Shown piece after piece: positions 14,687 through 30,474 of a stretch of DNA of 64,000 nucleotides. The notes under the pieces were generated by a model, which saw only the letters and a program-made list of their open reading frames with translations, made no database searches and was not told the DNA's origin. This stretch comes from the human T2T-CHM13v2.0 reference genome, Homo sapiens. The first letter of the stretch is position 1, and each line of letters opens with the position of its first letter. The DNA lies in assembly GCF_009914755.1 (NCBI RefSeq), contig NC_060925.1; one strand, 5' to 3'. The position numbers and the translations under genes are program-made.

Positions 14687-16059
14687 GGCTAACCGTTCAC
14701 TATATATGGCTGACAGTTCACATTATCCTCAGACCCTATTAGTTCTTCTATTAGTTCTTTAGAGTATGAAATATACCCTACATAAGTGGAAAGCAAGAGA
14801 TCCTCTAAAGTGTACTCCTCCGTATTTTAGATAGACTTACATTTGGGAAATAAACATGTAATTTTGCATGTCCCAAGTGAACCTCAACAGAGTGCTCTAG
14901 ATCAGCATAAATGCATTAAACTTTCAGGTGCTATTACTTTCTTTTCCGTTGCAGATTTTATATGCAGTATCACATAAGTGAGCTTTTTCCATTCTCTTCA
15001 ACGGAGTCTCTGTCCATTTTTTCAGAGGCTGGTTGTTGGTAGTAACAGCAGGAACATCGCCAGCATTTTACCATGACGCCCTCAAGAGTTCAAGACTGGT
15101 TTGGAGAAACATCCAACATTTAAATGTGTATAGAAAAACTTTCAACCACCCCAGCAATTTTTACAAAAGTTTTAGGAGAAAGCCTTATCAAGAATGATCT
15201 TTTATCTGGGGGAAACTGTTACAATTTTACTCTTCAGCATGATTTGGGTTTTGATCAAAACTAGAGATTGTGACAGTGGGATTTTATGCAGAGGTCTGAG
15301 GTGTATATGCACATGTGTGTGCATGTTTGTGCACATGCACGAACATACCAGACCAAGCAGGTGGGTGGAGAGTGATTTGTAAAAGTGACAGGAGGGGCAC
15401 ATGAGTGAGAACCATTTTGGTGTCTGTAGCTTTATGTACTTGGGGATGTCAGGTCTAAAAATAACTCTCCTTTGGAACCATTGTTGTTTATCTGTATCCT
15501 GGGTTTTCCCATTCTTAAAAATACCCTGACATACATAAAAAGACTGTATTCCAAAGGTTAATGCCCATTAATCCGAAGGGAGTGGTGAGTAAATTCCTTA
15601 TATATCAGTCTAAGAATAGGTCTTGGAGCTATTCAAGTGTGTGCCATCATGTGAGCAGTTTCTTCTTTTTTTAAAGGAAGCAAATGGTAATGGTTGGGGA
15701 AGAAAAGGAATAAACGGTAAAAAAAAATGGATAAAAGGGTTTGGATAAAATAAAATTTACCCTAAACATGTCTCTGTGGCTTGAAAGAATCACTGCATAG
15801 AAAAGGTTTTATCTGGGGAGGGGTTGTGGGGGGAGAAGTTGTCTGAGAATATTTTCCCCGCTGTGGCATTTCCCATTGGAGCCTAACCCAAAACTCTGAA
15901 AATCCAAGGAAAGTGAGCACTTTTATTTTATTTCTTTCTTTTTTAAGGCTGCTTTGCACTGTGATTTTTTTGACTCAAGGGATTCTGATTCTTTCCTCTG
16001 CATGCAAGGATAACAGGCCCTAGCCATGTCCAGCTTGCCCCCTCAACACAGGTCAGAAT

Positions 16060-16760
16060 CCCTTTCGGATTTCTGTTTCCAACAGAATGTCTGGCAACCA
16101 GACTTTCTGAATCAGCGTTGTTTCTGCACCGCTGCTCCCGACACGCTGGAGGCCAGGCAAAGAGCAAAATACAAAGAATTGAAACTAATTCCGCAAGGCT
16201 GCTAAAGGTTTCAGATACAGCCCAGTTTCCTCTCTGAATCCGTTGTTCTCCTCTGTGCCCCTTTATGCTTCTGGGCACCACACTCTAGGCGAAAGAGTCT
16301 CCTGGGACCAACACCTAACCAGGTTTCCTCACAGTACCTGTTTGTATGGTGAGTTAAAAACAAGCAAAATTTAAAAACGGTGTACATCTGGACAAGTTGG
16401 AAAGGTCAAATGGATTTTTTTTTTTTAAGGATGTATTTCTGCATGACTCACTGGGCCTTCTCACTTCCTGCTAGAATTATTACAAAATATATCTGGAAGA
16501 CAGTGAGCCCGCTGATGACTTCCCTTCACGGACTACACACAGGCCTGCTGTGGTATCAGGCGCCCCTTGGCCAGCTGCCCTCTTTCTTGGTCCCCTCTCC
16601 AGGGTCACTAGCAAAGACACAGACTGGCCACAGATAACAATTACTTCTCCCAAGCTGGCTTGTTCCATTAAGCATTTTGGGAAAACCAAATGGCTATTGA
16701 TGATGATTGAGATTTTGCTCATGTGCAGCCCTAAAGGGCGGGAAAAACACCACTCTGGAA
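16060..16760. promoter_or_regulatory. Candidate enhancer/promoter
   Basis: Repeat-free with local CpG excess (8 CpGs in ~16060-16300). AP-1 TGACTCA at 16444-16450 lies next to ETS ACTTCCTG at 16463-16470. Donor ATG|GTGAGT at 16346-16354. Motif-based inference only. Confidence 0.4.
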
Positions 16761-16979
16761 AGGTATTGGATGATAGCTGTGAATGACATTTCTTATGACG
16801 ACTGCTATTTTGAAATGTGCTTTGTAATAATATTTCAGGCACTCAGTTTAAATTTCAAGTTCTCAAGCAAAATTATATACAGTAAGGAGGAAACTTTCTG
16901 CTCCCCTTGCAAATTTTTGTTGGTGGTATTCTCATAATTCTATTTTTTTTCTTATAGGACAAATTTATGTGTCTTCTGA

Positions 16980-17289
<310 letters not shown>

Positions 17290-17667
17290 CTGAGATATTA
17301 TTTAGATGTCTCCTGAGATAATTAGTTGTATGTTCCCACCCCTCCTCTTTATTTGTAGTATTTTCAAAGACAGATCTATTTTAAAATGTCACCAATTTAG
17401 ATAAAGATGGGAACCTTTTAAGTACTTATAAAACATTAGTGTTCATGCAAAAAATAAATGTTATAACAACAGTTATGCTATATCCAGTCCCAGGCCCACC
17501 TCTTCTCTTAGATCCTCCTCTTGCCCAGTCCTTGGAATTATTTATTCACATCCAGTGCTGCCAGCTCACCACTCTGAATCTTTAGCCCTAACCTCTCCCC
17601 TGAGCATTGTTCACCCATCTCTAAGGGTCAGTTGAATAATTCACTTACATGACCAGTCACCTAAACC

Positions 17668-17881
17668 TTACGGTTCTCACCTGAGGTGATTTTGCCCCTC
17701 AGGAGATATTTGACAATTTCTGGAGGTTTTTTGGTTGTGGAAACTTAAGGGAAAGGTGCTATTAGCATGGTGGGTAGAGGCCAGGGCTGTTGCTAGATAC
17801 CCTAGAATGCATGAGAAAGGCCCTCATGACAAGGAATTCTCTGACTCACAATATCCATAGTGCCTAGATTGAGAAATCTTG
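17668..17881 (+). mobile_element. MER20 (hAT-Charlie)
   Basis: GGTTCTCA...GGTGATTTTGCCCC...GGGTAGAGGCCAGGG...AGTGCC..GATTGAGAAATCTTG. Confidence 0.85.
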
Positions 17882-17952
17882 CCTTAATCTAAGAAGAAAT
17901 TTATTCAGTTTTTCTCCTAAATCCCACTTTTTCCATTAAACATTTTTTTCTG

Positions 17953-18283
17953 AGTGGGGAGCAGTGGCTCATGCCTGTCATCCCAGCACTTTGGGAGGCC
18001 GAGGTGGGTGGGTTACTTGAGCCCAGGAGTTCAAGATCATCTGGGCAACATGGTGAAACCCTCTCTCTACAAATAAAAAATAATAATAATAAAAATAAAA
18101 ATAAATTAGCCTTGTGTGGTGGTGCACGCCTGTAGTCCCAGCTAAGCAGGAGGCTGAGGTGAGGTGGGAGGGTCACTGGAGCCAGGGAAGTCAAGCCTGC
18201 CATGAGCAATGATTGTACCACTGCACTCCATGCACTCCAGCCTGGGTGACAGAGAGAGATCCGGTCTCAAAACAAAACAAAAA
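17953..18283 (+). mobile_element. AluJ
   Basis: Old Alu diagnostics TTGAGCCCAGGAGTTCAAG and GGAGGGTCACTGGAGCC...GATTGTACCACTGCACTCC. Confidence 0.93.
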
Positions 18284-21200
18284 CCTTCTCTGAACAATTC
18301 TAGTTATTCCTTCCTTTGAACTCTACTGCGTATTTGTCACTAAATGATGTACTGCTCTATATTATTTTTTTGGATGTGTGTGTGTATAGTTCGTCTCCCT
18401 AAATGAATTTGAGATTTCCTGGCAGCAGGGCTTATCTCCTCTTTTCTTTTTGTGCTTTGAACTATGCCCACCCCAGTGCTCTGCACTTAGCATATACTCA
18501 ATATGTTTCAGATAAATGAATATATCTTCAGTGAATGGTTGAATCCTAAAGTTTAAAGACGATACATTGGGGTGATGGCAAGGCTTTCCCAAGAAACTTA
18601 GACAAGGGGTAAGAAAGGTTGCTGTTAGAAATCTAAAGAAATTAAATAAGCATATAACAGAAATAGCGTGTCTTCTGGGGTTTATAGAAATAGTAATTAG
18701 ATGTTAGTTAACTATAATCTTAAACTTTTAAATAAAGACATGCAGCACAAGAAGAAAGGAATAACAGAATTAATAATTTACCTTCAATCTTAGAGGATTG
18801 AGATGGCTGAATTTGGGGGACACATATGTGGAGGATTGTTCTCTGTGATATGATGGAAATTTTATTGAACCATGTCTTCACTTAGATGACATGATCCTTG
18901 AGACATTTCCCTTCCATTTGTTTCAGTTCCATGCCAACCAAACAACATTCAGATTAATAACCCAGTTTCCCAGCTGGGAAGATGGGAACGTTTCCATCAG
19001 CGTGTGCAAAGGGATACCTTAGCTAGGAGGGGCAAACATTCAAGACTCTGGACAGAGATATCACCCATAATAAATTAGTAAATTGGTCTTTTGGCTTATA
19101 TATTAATCTCCTGTGGACTAGTGTGTGAGTGGCTCCCCAAGATTCTGACCATGTCTGGGATTATTGATAAGGTCCGTTTGCTGGGCTGCAAAGTCTGAGG
19201 GCCAGATCCTGGCTTGTGACTCATTCACTAAAGCAATGCCATGTTGAAACTGCTTGACCAATGGCTAACTGGCTGTTCCCCTGTGACATCCCTGTTTTGC
19301 CCCAAGCCATTCTTCTGAGCTTCAACAAATCTTAATGATTTCATCCCAGATCCTGAAATTATCACTTTGTTTTTTAATCTCCTAAGTACTTTGAAAATTC
19401 CATTCATACTTGATTTGGAAATATTCTATCGGAAAAAAACCAAAATGCCCACATGCAGCTTCTTTTTAATAAAGGAAACGAAATGGGAAGGTCAAATTGC
19501 TTTTAGAACTTTTTATAGGCCTGGCAGCACTGGAGACATTTCATCATTGAAGAACGTGTGACAAGTAACTGGGACCATTTGCTGAGGGTTTCTCGGGGAC
19601 AGACCAAGAATAGCAAAAGAGATCTTTTCTAAAACACTCCATGATTTGATTCGGTTTTCCTGAGAACAGCTACGACTAATTAGAAATAACTTACAGCTTG
19701 TATTAGTTACATGTGAGCATTTGTTACAAGCTCTCATATGCAAAACAAAGATTGAGTTCAACTTGATTCATCACTCTAGTTCTCTTTCCATGTTCTGCTC
19801 ACATCTTTTCATTTAATTGCAAGAGTTTCTTGTTTAATGTCATTAATTAACAGAGGAAGTTGGGATGAAAATATCTTGAGTGCTCCACCTAATTATAATC
19901 CCAGTCATGAATGCTGGAGAAAATGTGGCTTCTTACTAAAAGGAAAACAGTCTAGAACAATATTATGCAGTTTATAAATTCCACCGAACCGCTGTACAAA
20001 TAAACAATGCTACTGAATCACACAACAAATCATCTCACAATTAGGCCACACAAGACCAGCTGCTTTATAAAGGAGACTGTGAGCCCAAGAGAAGGACTTT
20101 GAAGATAAATATTGCCATATGTGAAAAGGGAAAAAATTCCCAACAAACCTTAATTGCACGGAGCTTCATTTTCGAATGCTATTTGCCATGGGAATAAAGG
20201 ATTTCGTGTTGTGACCCGTGACTATTGTAAGCATCATCTAAAGTGTGGGAGATAGAATGACGGATCTGATTGGAGGCCCTGTACGCCTGGCTACATGTGA
20301 AATGTGCCTCCTTGCTTCATCTCTTCTTCCCTTTTCTCATCCCACTGGCATTTCTCAACACTCAACATATACAATTGATTTCCCATTAATTTATGTGGAT
20401 TGTCCACTTTGTACCTCAACTGAAGAAAAATGTGAAATGCAGGCTGGCCTCTCAGAACTATAACTTGGTGGGTATCCCCAGGGCTCAGACTTATTTTAAT
20501 ATTTGTTAGAGTTCAGCAAGAAGGCTATCTAAATTTGATGATCCATTCCAAAGCTAAGCATTAATGCCCTCGCTTAACTGCAATTCTTAGATTCTCCTTG
20601 CATTTGACAGTAACTGCAATTCTTGGATTATGCTTGTTATCACTTCCTTTTTTTTATACCCTTGACAGTGACTGCATTTTTATCTTCATTTCTCATTTAT
20701 GTCAACTAGTAGCCAGAGTAGGACAATCATACAGGAAAAAAGAAAAAAATACAAATAAAAAACCTAGAGAAATCCCAAGATACTAGAAGCTTAGGGAATA
20801 GAGCCAAGATTTGCAGGTCACAGCCACCATCATGAAGCCCAGAGTGTAAAAGTCACCCAGAAGACTAGAAGGAAAATTCAAGGGATAGCTGACTCCATTT
20901 TTAATATTTTAATCTTTGTAAATGCAATGCTAGAACTTTTTAGAAGAAAATGACGTCTTGTTATTCTTACGTATATAATGTTGATGAGGCTACTGTCTCT
21001 TAATTCATAGGTGTACAACCTTTCCACTTATAGGGAGCCTTCCTTTGGTCCATGATGGGTGAAGTAGCAACATGGACATTACAGCTGTGCTTTTTCCAGT
21101 GTCGTCTTTGCACTCTGTTTCCTGCAACATGTTTTGTTTTGTTTTGTTTTGTTTCGTTTTTTGTACTTCATGAAGGAATTTCTTCTCTCTCCTTTTATTT

Positions 21201-21824
21201 TCTGTATATAAGTTCAGGGGTCAAACCTGCCTGAAATAAATTAGAACCTCCCAAAAGGACAACCAAGCTTATCAGATACCCATAGTTTATAAGTGTCATA
21301 ATATGATGCAGAATGTTTTGAGGTTGGTGATGGAATAAATGTTATGTTTTTTGAGCAATTACCATCATCTGTATAAAGTTTTATTTTAGAAAGCCTAAGA
21401 AGAAAATTAAAAGGTCAAGAAGAGACCAAATCCTTTATTCTTTTACTATGGGAATGTGTCATTAACAGAAAAAAAATTGTGAAACACTTATTTACTTTAA
21501 AAGATACTTAGAATTTAAATTATATATAATCTGGGAGATCTTTTCTCCTGTGTAGTTAGTTACTAGTCACAGGTCATTATCTCCAAGAGTGTAAATCAGA
21601 CTTCCTCTATTGTTATTTTCTCAGAAGCTGCTTAAGTCATAGCTCTTCCTTTAATTCCGCTTTATACTCGTAATTAGAAGTGCTAACACGATAAATGTCT
21701 ACAGTGATGTTGAAAAGAATGATGGTCACCTGACCTTTTCTTCTATGTTAAATATGCTAGTTCCTGTTTGTTATGACAGAAGTGTAGCACAATAGTTAAG
21801 ATTATGGGTTATGGAGACACACAT

Positions 21825-23545
<1,721 letters not shown>

Positions 23546-23547
23546 CT

Positions 23548-23855
23548 GTGGCAAAGTAAGCCAGTTCTTCTGCAGGTTATACACATATCACTGAAGTTGA
23601 GGTTTGGGGGTGAGAGGATAACACAGGTTCCAGTTCATCCTCATAGATTCCAGCTTATTCTCATGGATTTAGTTTGTCTTTGCTCTTCCCTACTTTATGT
23701 CTGTCTTTCTTTCTTGTCAGCCTGCTCTGTGGACTTTAAGCCCAGCACCAAATGCAAAAGCAACAGCAGTAAATAGTCTAGCCCGTTCCTCTAACTGTAT
23801 GATGTCAAATATATATCACTCTTAATAATTTTCTCTGATTGAATCTTAACTAACC
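23548..23855 (+). mobile_element. ERVL-class 3' LTR (LTR52/LTR53-like)
   Basis: TTTGTCTTTGCTCT...GCCTGCTCTGTGGACTTTAAGCCCAGCACCA...TTCTCTGATTGAATCTTAACT resembles old ERVL LTR 3' ends and directly follows the pol remnant. Confidence 0.6.
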
Positions 23856-23860
23856 AATCA

Positions 23861-24050
23861 ATTGGGAATCCAATATCTGCCTCTAACTATACATGTGAAC
23901 TTAGGCGAACATCTCTAAGCCTAGGTTTCCTCATTTATAAGATAGGAATAACATTAACTACCATATAGGATTGTTGTGAAGATTTTATGAGCTAAGGGCT
24001 GAGAACTCTGCAAGGCATATAGGAAGCACTCAGTAAGTAGTTACCACTAT
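23861..24050 (+). mobile_element. MIR (3' part; 5' part at ~21781-21822)
   Basis: TGTGAACTTAGG...GTTTCCTCATTTATAAGATAGG...ATAGGATTGTTGTGAAGATT...GCACTCAGTAA. Confidence 0.75.
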
Positions 24051-25023
24051 TTACAAAACTTGGCTTTGACTCCAGCTGATTTTACATAGCATCATGGAGT
24101 TTTGGACTGGAAGAGATTTTGAGAAGTCATCTGAACCGGTAGCTTGGCCTAAAAAGTCCAAACTTCCCAGATCTTACCCTTCCTGGCTTAAAGTCACTAT
24201 ACTCAATGTAATTTACAAGATGTGTACTGGAGCGCAATTCATTATTGTTTATTACCACTGAGAGAGAGGTTTTAAAACAAACATTAGATTTTACAATTTG
24301 AATGTTGTTCTTCAAAGTAACTTTTCTAAATTTGTTTCCTTCTTCTTCTATAAATAAGGACATTGGAAAAATTTATTTTCAAAGTTCCTAAACTGTAAAT
24401 TCTAAAATTCTGTAAAGATTAACTGAAAGGCTATTTATTCATCTAATAAAGATGTCTTTGCTTTAAAGATATTTTTGGGGTGTTTCTGCTTAAACATCGT
24501 CTTCAGAATTGGTTTTTGAGGCCCATCCAGAATAAGTATCTCATTTCATTATCGCTAAATCTTGTTTGTGACTTAAATGCAGTTTACATTATGAGATGGC
24601 ATGAGAAGACTTGGGGCTGTTTCTAAACATCTAAGGATGAAGATGGACCATCATTACAAATGTTCTGATAAACATTACCAAAAATGAGGTTCCAAAAATC
24701 TTTTGGGTGGTATCAATACTTGAAATATCATTAGAGTTTAATTTAATATTTACCTCGGTAAATCAGAGGAAGAGGAGACTTAGTATATGCCCTAAATTGG
24801 AATCTACTTAACAGTTAAGAAGTCTAAATTCAAGTCCTGGTTCCAACATTTACTTGGTGTATTCTCTCAGGAAGCCACTTCATTTGTGGAAGTTTTAGGA
24901 ACTTCATCCATAGGGTGGGAATAAGGTATCTAGCCAGGCTTCTCATAGAGTTATGGTGAGACGTAAATGACACAGTAAATGTAAGAACACTTTGCTCCTT
25001 TGAAAGTACTCAAGACTCTAAAA

Positions 25024-25407
25024 CAGGGGTTGGCAAACTATGGCCCATAGGCCAAATCCAGCCTGTCATCTGCCTTTGTATAGCCCCTGAGCTAAGAATG
25101 GTGCAGATGAACATTTGCACCAGTTTGCTAATGGGAAACATTACATTTAAACCCCAACTATAAAAAATATCACTTCCTCCAGGCCCCCTTTAAAGAATTT
25201 CTTTCTTCTCATTAGTAGATTGGTATTACAAAAAATTGTGCTAAATTACTGTTATTATATTTTGCATTTCATTAGTAAAAATTTTGTAGATATTTGTATT
25301 CTCCCTTGTATAAGCTTCTATTTAATATCCTCTATTTTACCTCTTGGTTCACAAAGACCAAAATATTTACTATCTTATCTTTTACAGAAAAAATGTGTTG
25401 ATCTCTG
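25024..25407 (+). mobile_element. MER58 (MER58D-sized) hAT-Charlie MITE
   Basis: TIR CAGGGGTTGGCAAACTATGGCCC...TGTTGATCTCTG. 8-bp TSD CTCTAAAA/CTATAAAG. Confidence 0.88.
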
Positions 25408-27984
25408 CTATAAAGTGTTGTGCTTAAAAGGGATTTGTATTATTAGTAATAAATATAGTCATTGTTCACAAGCAAAGGTTGCTGTAAACTATTTGTTTGC
25501 TTTTCCTCCTAGTTATATTAAATCTGTTTGTTTATACCTTTAATTACTATAATACAATATTCTTTCTTACAAACAGCAAAAAAAAAATGAGAGAGAGAGA
25601 TATCTGTTACTTGCCTAATTATAATCTGAATTTTGTAATCTTTGTTTTCATAAACTGAATTGCAAAATTCTAGATTTGTGTAAATCTGAAGAAAAAAATT
25701 AAATTAAATTAAAACATAAACAGAATCCGAAGAACTAAACACAGAGTAGAGATGTTGGCCTGCCCCATGCTCTGAAAGACCATCTGAGGGCTTCTGAGCC
25801 TGGTACACCCTGGGGAGTTCTCAGAGAGAGAGAGGGATGTTTAGATCATGCACCAGAGGGCCTCATGCAAGCAGGTACAACTACAGGAGGTCCCTCACCC
25901 ATCTCTGATGGTAGTTATGGCAGTAATAACACCCTGATGGGTAGTACAATCTTAAGCATGAGACAAAATTAGTTTTGTATGAAAATGGTTTCAAATGTGG
26001 GTGTCTTTATTAGAAATCCAAAATATCAAAGTAATCTTCAGAGGCCACGGTTTCTCTTGTGTCATTTCATGATACATGCTGATGTCTTCACATAGGAAAA
26101 GAAAAAAGAAGAATAGGGATCAAAAAAGAGGGAAGGTACAAGGAAAGGAATAAGAGATTTTCAAATGTATGCCACCTGCTTTGAATGTTGTTCAGATATG
26201 TGTCTTACAGTATGCCTGGTGTGCCTTTGTTAGAGATTAATTGGACAAATTTGATTTTATAGATGATATGAGCCAGAATTGCAAAGGTGGTGTTTCTCCT
26301 CTTATGTGAAGAGGAAGTCAGGGGGAGATGAAAGGGAGAATAACCTTTACCTCATAATTTCCTTTTCCCTCCTCTCTGTGTAAGCCACATTAGTCTCTCA
26401 GCAAAGGTACTTGGAGAAACTTGCTAAAATTTTCCCTCATGCTTGAAATTTACTTACCCTGGGTAACAGGAAATGTGGAGTCTTGTGATGTAGATTGTTA
26501 TACCAGATGGTAATCTTAGCACATGCTATTTATGTAGATCAGCCATGTGTGTGAGTCATCCATGTGAGGCTGACCTCAGCCACTGTGAAATCGGGTTCCA
26601 TACCGCCATTATTAATAAATAATAATAATGGTACTGATTAGGCATCATTTTGATGCACATCTAATGAGGCCATTACCTTTATATGATATTAAATCTGGAA
26701 TTGTTTTCTTTTTCTAAATAATACTTTATTAACAACTGGCCATGTTGTTAGATTGCTATTTTTTACTGGCAAGGGCAGGCACACAATTTAACTCAGCTAA
26801 GATTAGGTAATTAAGGTATCTGCCACTTGCATTGCGCTATTCATTGAATGCCCTAACTACTTTGTTCTTTCTTTGAAGCAAATGCCTGTCCTTATTTAAG
26901 TCATCCTCTTCTAGGTCCTGTGGTTTGAGTTATTATTTTACTGATGATAAATTTGAGTGGGTAATCCACACTCTTTCATCTTGTCTCCCTTTTAACCACT
27001 AGCTAATTTAGCGATGGAGAATAGTTTCGCTTTTATTACAGCTTTGATTATCTGGTGGTTGCAAATAAGTCAGATAGGGAAGCCTGCGCAAAGATAAATG
27101 CTTTAAAAGCAGGAAGTGTGTTTTATTTCCTTTCAACTAGCCATCTGTTCAGGATTCTTGCCTTTAATCCTTCCCTATTTTCTTTCCGCCTTCTTTTCTT
27201 GCACTTTCCCTTCATAGTGGCTAGAACTGTGCTCTGCACAAAACAGGCAATATCTTTTTGGCTTTGTAACAACCGCAGAGATTTTCTAATATGACCCACT
27301 TTTCCAGAATGTTTCCTGCTTGTCTCTTTGAGAGACATGCCGTCACTTTTTTTTTTCTGTTTCTCTTACCCAAAGATAACATTTCTTACCCAACATCATT
27401 AGTGTAAAGATTCTAAGGTTTTAATGGTAATGCATTACATACATTTGTTTTCTCTTGGCTCGTGATTGTGGCTGGAGTCCTTCATTTTGTGACTGAATTC
27501 AGATCAGAATACAAAGATAGCAAGTTCATTAGGGTTTTAATTTGCACACAGTTCCATTGGAGCAGCAAAATGATTAAGGGTACAAAAGAGACGGGTTTCA
27601 ATGAGAAATAAGAGGCATTGATTTACCTCTTGCTAGTGGGAGTTAGGGAGTGAATTGTTACAGAAATTGTGCTGCCAATAATACTTAACCCGAATTTTAG
27701 GTAATTTTTTTTCTTAGTTGCTGTCCTGAGTGAGGCGTACAGCTATGAGATGTACGGAATTCTTTAGAGCAAGGTCCTGTATCATCAAAAACTTGCTAGG
27801 CATAGATTTCCCTGAGGGCCTACAGTGGAACCCAGGAGCACATCCAGCTCTGTCTTGGCAGTTCACCCTCTCTCTCTCCTGCTTTATAGAAGGAAAAAGT
27901 GAAAAGCACCCATTTTTCCTTCAGAGGAAACAACTCTTACAAGTTTATCCAGATCTAAGCAGGGACTCATCTGAGACAGTCTCA

Positions 27985-28215
27985 TCTCAGCACTGGTTAA
28001 GTGGTTAAGAGATGAGGCTTTGAAATCAGATCAATGTGGGACTGAGTTCCAGCCCCAGTGACTGTAACCTTTGACAAGTGGCAAAACCTCTCCTTGCCTT
28101 GGATTCCTCATGTCTTACATAGGAATAATATAGCACCCATCTCATAAATTGGCTGTGAGTATTCAATGAGAGAATCATGAAAAGTACCTGGCACCAGCAG
28201 ATGGCAGCTATTTTT
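27985..28215 (+). mobile_element. MIR
   Basis: AGTGGTTAAGAG...GGCTTTGAAATCAGA...TTCCTCATGTC...CTCATAAATTGGCTGTGAGTATTCAATGAG. Confidence 0.75.
28194..28207 (+). promoter_or_regulatory. Consensus CTCF core motif (candidate)
   Basis: CCAGCAGATGGCAG matches CCASYAGRKGGCRS at 14/14. Occupancy cannot be known from sequence. Confidence 0.45.
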
Positions 28216-29776
28216 ATCTATGATCCACTAGGTAGAACATTTCTGTGCTTTCCCCAGTCTGAAATGGAGATGCCTTTACATCATCCTTCATGGCTATTCT
28301 TAATTACTCATGTCATTTGACTTTTAAGTGCCCATCATTAGCTTTCTATCAAGCCAAATGCCTATGAAACAATAGGGATAATAATTATATAGGCAGTCTT
28401 TGCGGAGCTTTGGAATACTGACATTTTGTCAGAATTTCTGGATCCCTGATCAAGATAAGCAAAAAGCAGAACATTTCTGGTTGAGGATTATTATCAATAT
28501 TAACCACTTCTTCTGCTCCTGACCCTCTCCCCTGTCCCATAAAATACTAAACTCCTATAATTACACAAGATGCCTAGGTAGTAACAAACGCAAGTGGAAC
28601 TTAAGAGATCAAGACTGGAGTCAGGAGAGTTTCAGAGCTGGCTCATTCAGCCCTAACATCCCATGATATGTGACTGTGAACTTTTTAGCTAGATTATAAA
28701 CTCCTTGAAGGGCTTGTTGATTTCTGGAGGGAGGAAGGTGGGGTTAGAATTTGCAGTGATCTGAACTAGGATAACTTCCTATATGTCTTCCAGGGCTTAT
28801 CTGAAAATTCCACTTGTCTCTGAAAATGAACTTCTTATTCCCAAATACTTAACTTTATTATAATCTCTATACATAGCAAGCATCTATCTGGTGCCTAACA
28901 GATCTCTTATTGTACAAAGCTCACACTTCATATATGAGGAACTTACACACTAAGTTGAAGGTGATTATAATAACCTGGTTAAGGAGATAAACAATTCAGT
29001 CTTGAAATGTGAAGAACACCCATTAAAAAGATTTTAGGAACATAGACTGTACTTGCCTTCTCAATTTTCCTTAACACATAGAATAAATATTTGATATTGA
29101 GTTATTTTGGTATTTTCAGCAACTTTTAAAATTATTTATTAAACTCCTAAATATCATCTTTATAAGATACTGTAGGAAACAAAAATTAGAAAATTCTTGA
29201 ATACGATTATTATTGGTGTCTATTTTAAAGGCTAGTCATTTGTTAGTTTGAGATTCTGTGTCAACAGATATCAACGTGACGGCTGATCAACATGATGATC
29301 CTGTTAGAAAATACCATGAGTCCAGAGACACTTTTGTAATGAGTCATTGCTATTTAGCTTCTTCCACAAATGGTCTTAACTTGAGCAGGACTCTTAAACC
29401 AACAAATGTTAGTTGCTAGAAAGGCATTTGGATTTAACAAAGAAGATATTAATTGTTTTGCAGCTTCTATTAGCAGTTCTTTAACCTACAGCATAAAATT
29501 TGAAATCTGAAGGGGACTTAGAGACTGAGACAAGTCCTTATCCAGCATGTAACTCCCATCCCAAACTATCTAGAATTGTCTAGCCTCTTTTACTAACTGT
29601 TCACTAGAGATAGAATGTGAGCCAAAAAAGCAAACCACATATGTAATTTTAAATTTTCTAGTAGTCATGTTAAATAAGTAATCAGACATAGGTGAAATTG
29701 ATTTTAATACTATATTTACCTCAATATGTTCAAACGATTACTACTTCAGCATGTGATCATTATAAGAATTAATGAG

Positions 29777-30474
<698 letters not shown>

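Noticed and set aside
14377-14742. ORFs rich in YI/CV/HT
   Set aside because: Translations of the dinucleotide microsatellite.
25848-25866. CTCF-like GCACCAGAGGGCCT (also weak matches near 16560 and 36268)
   Set aside because: Mismatches at informative motif positions.
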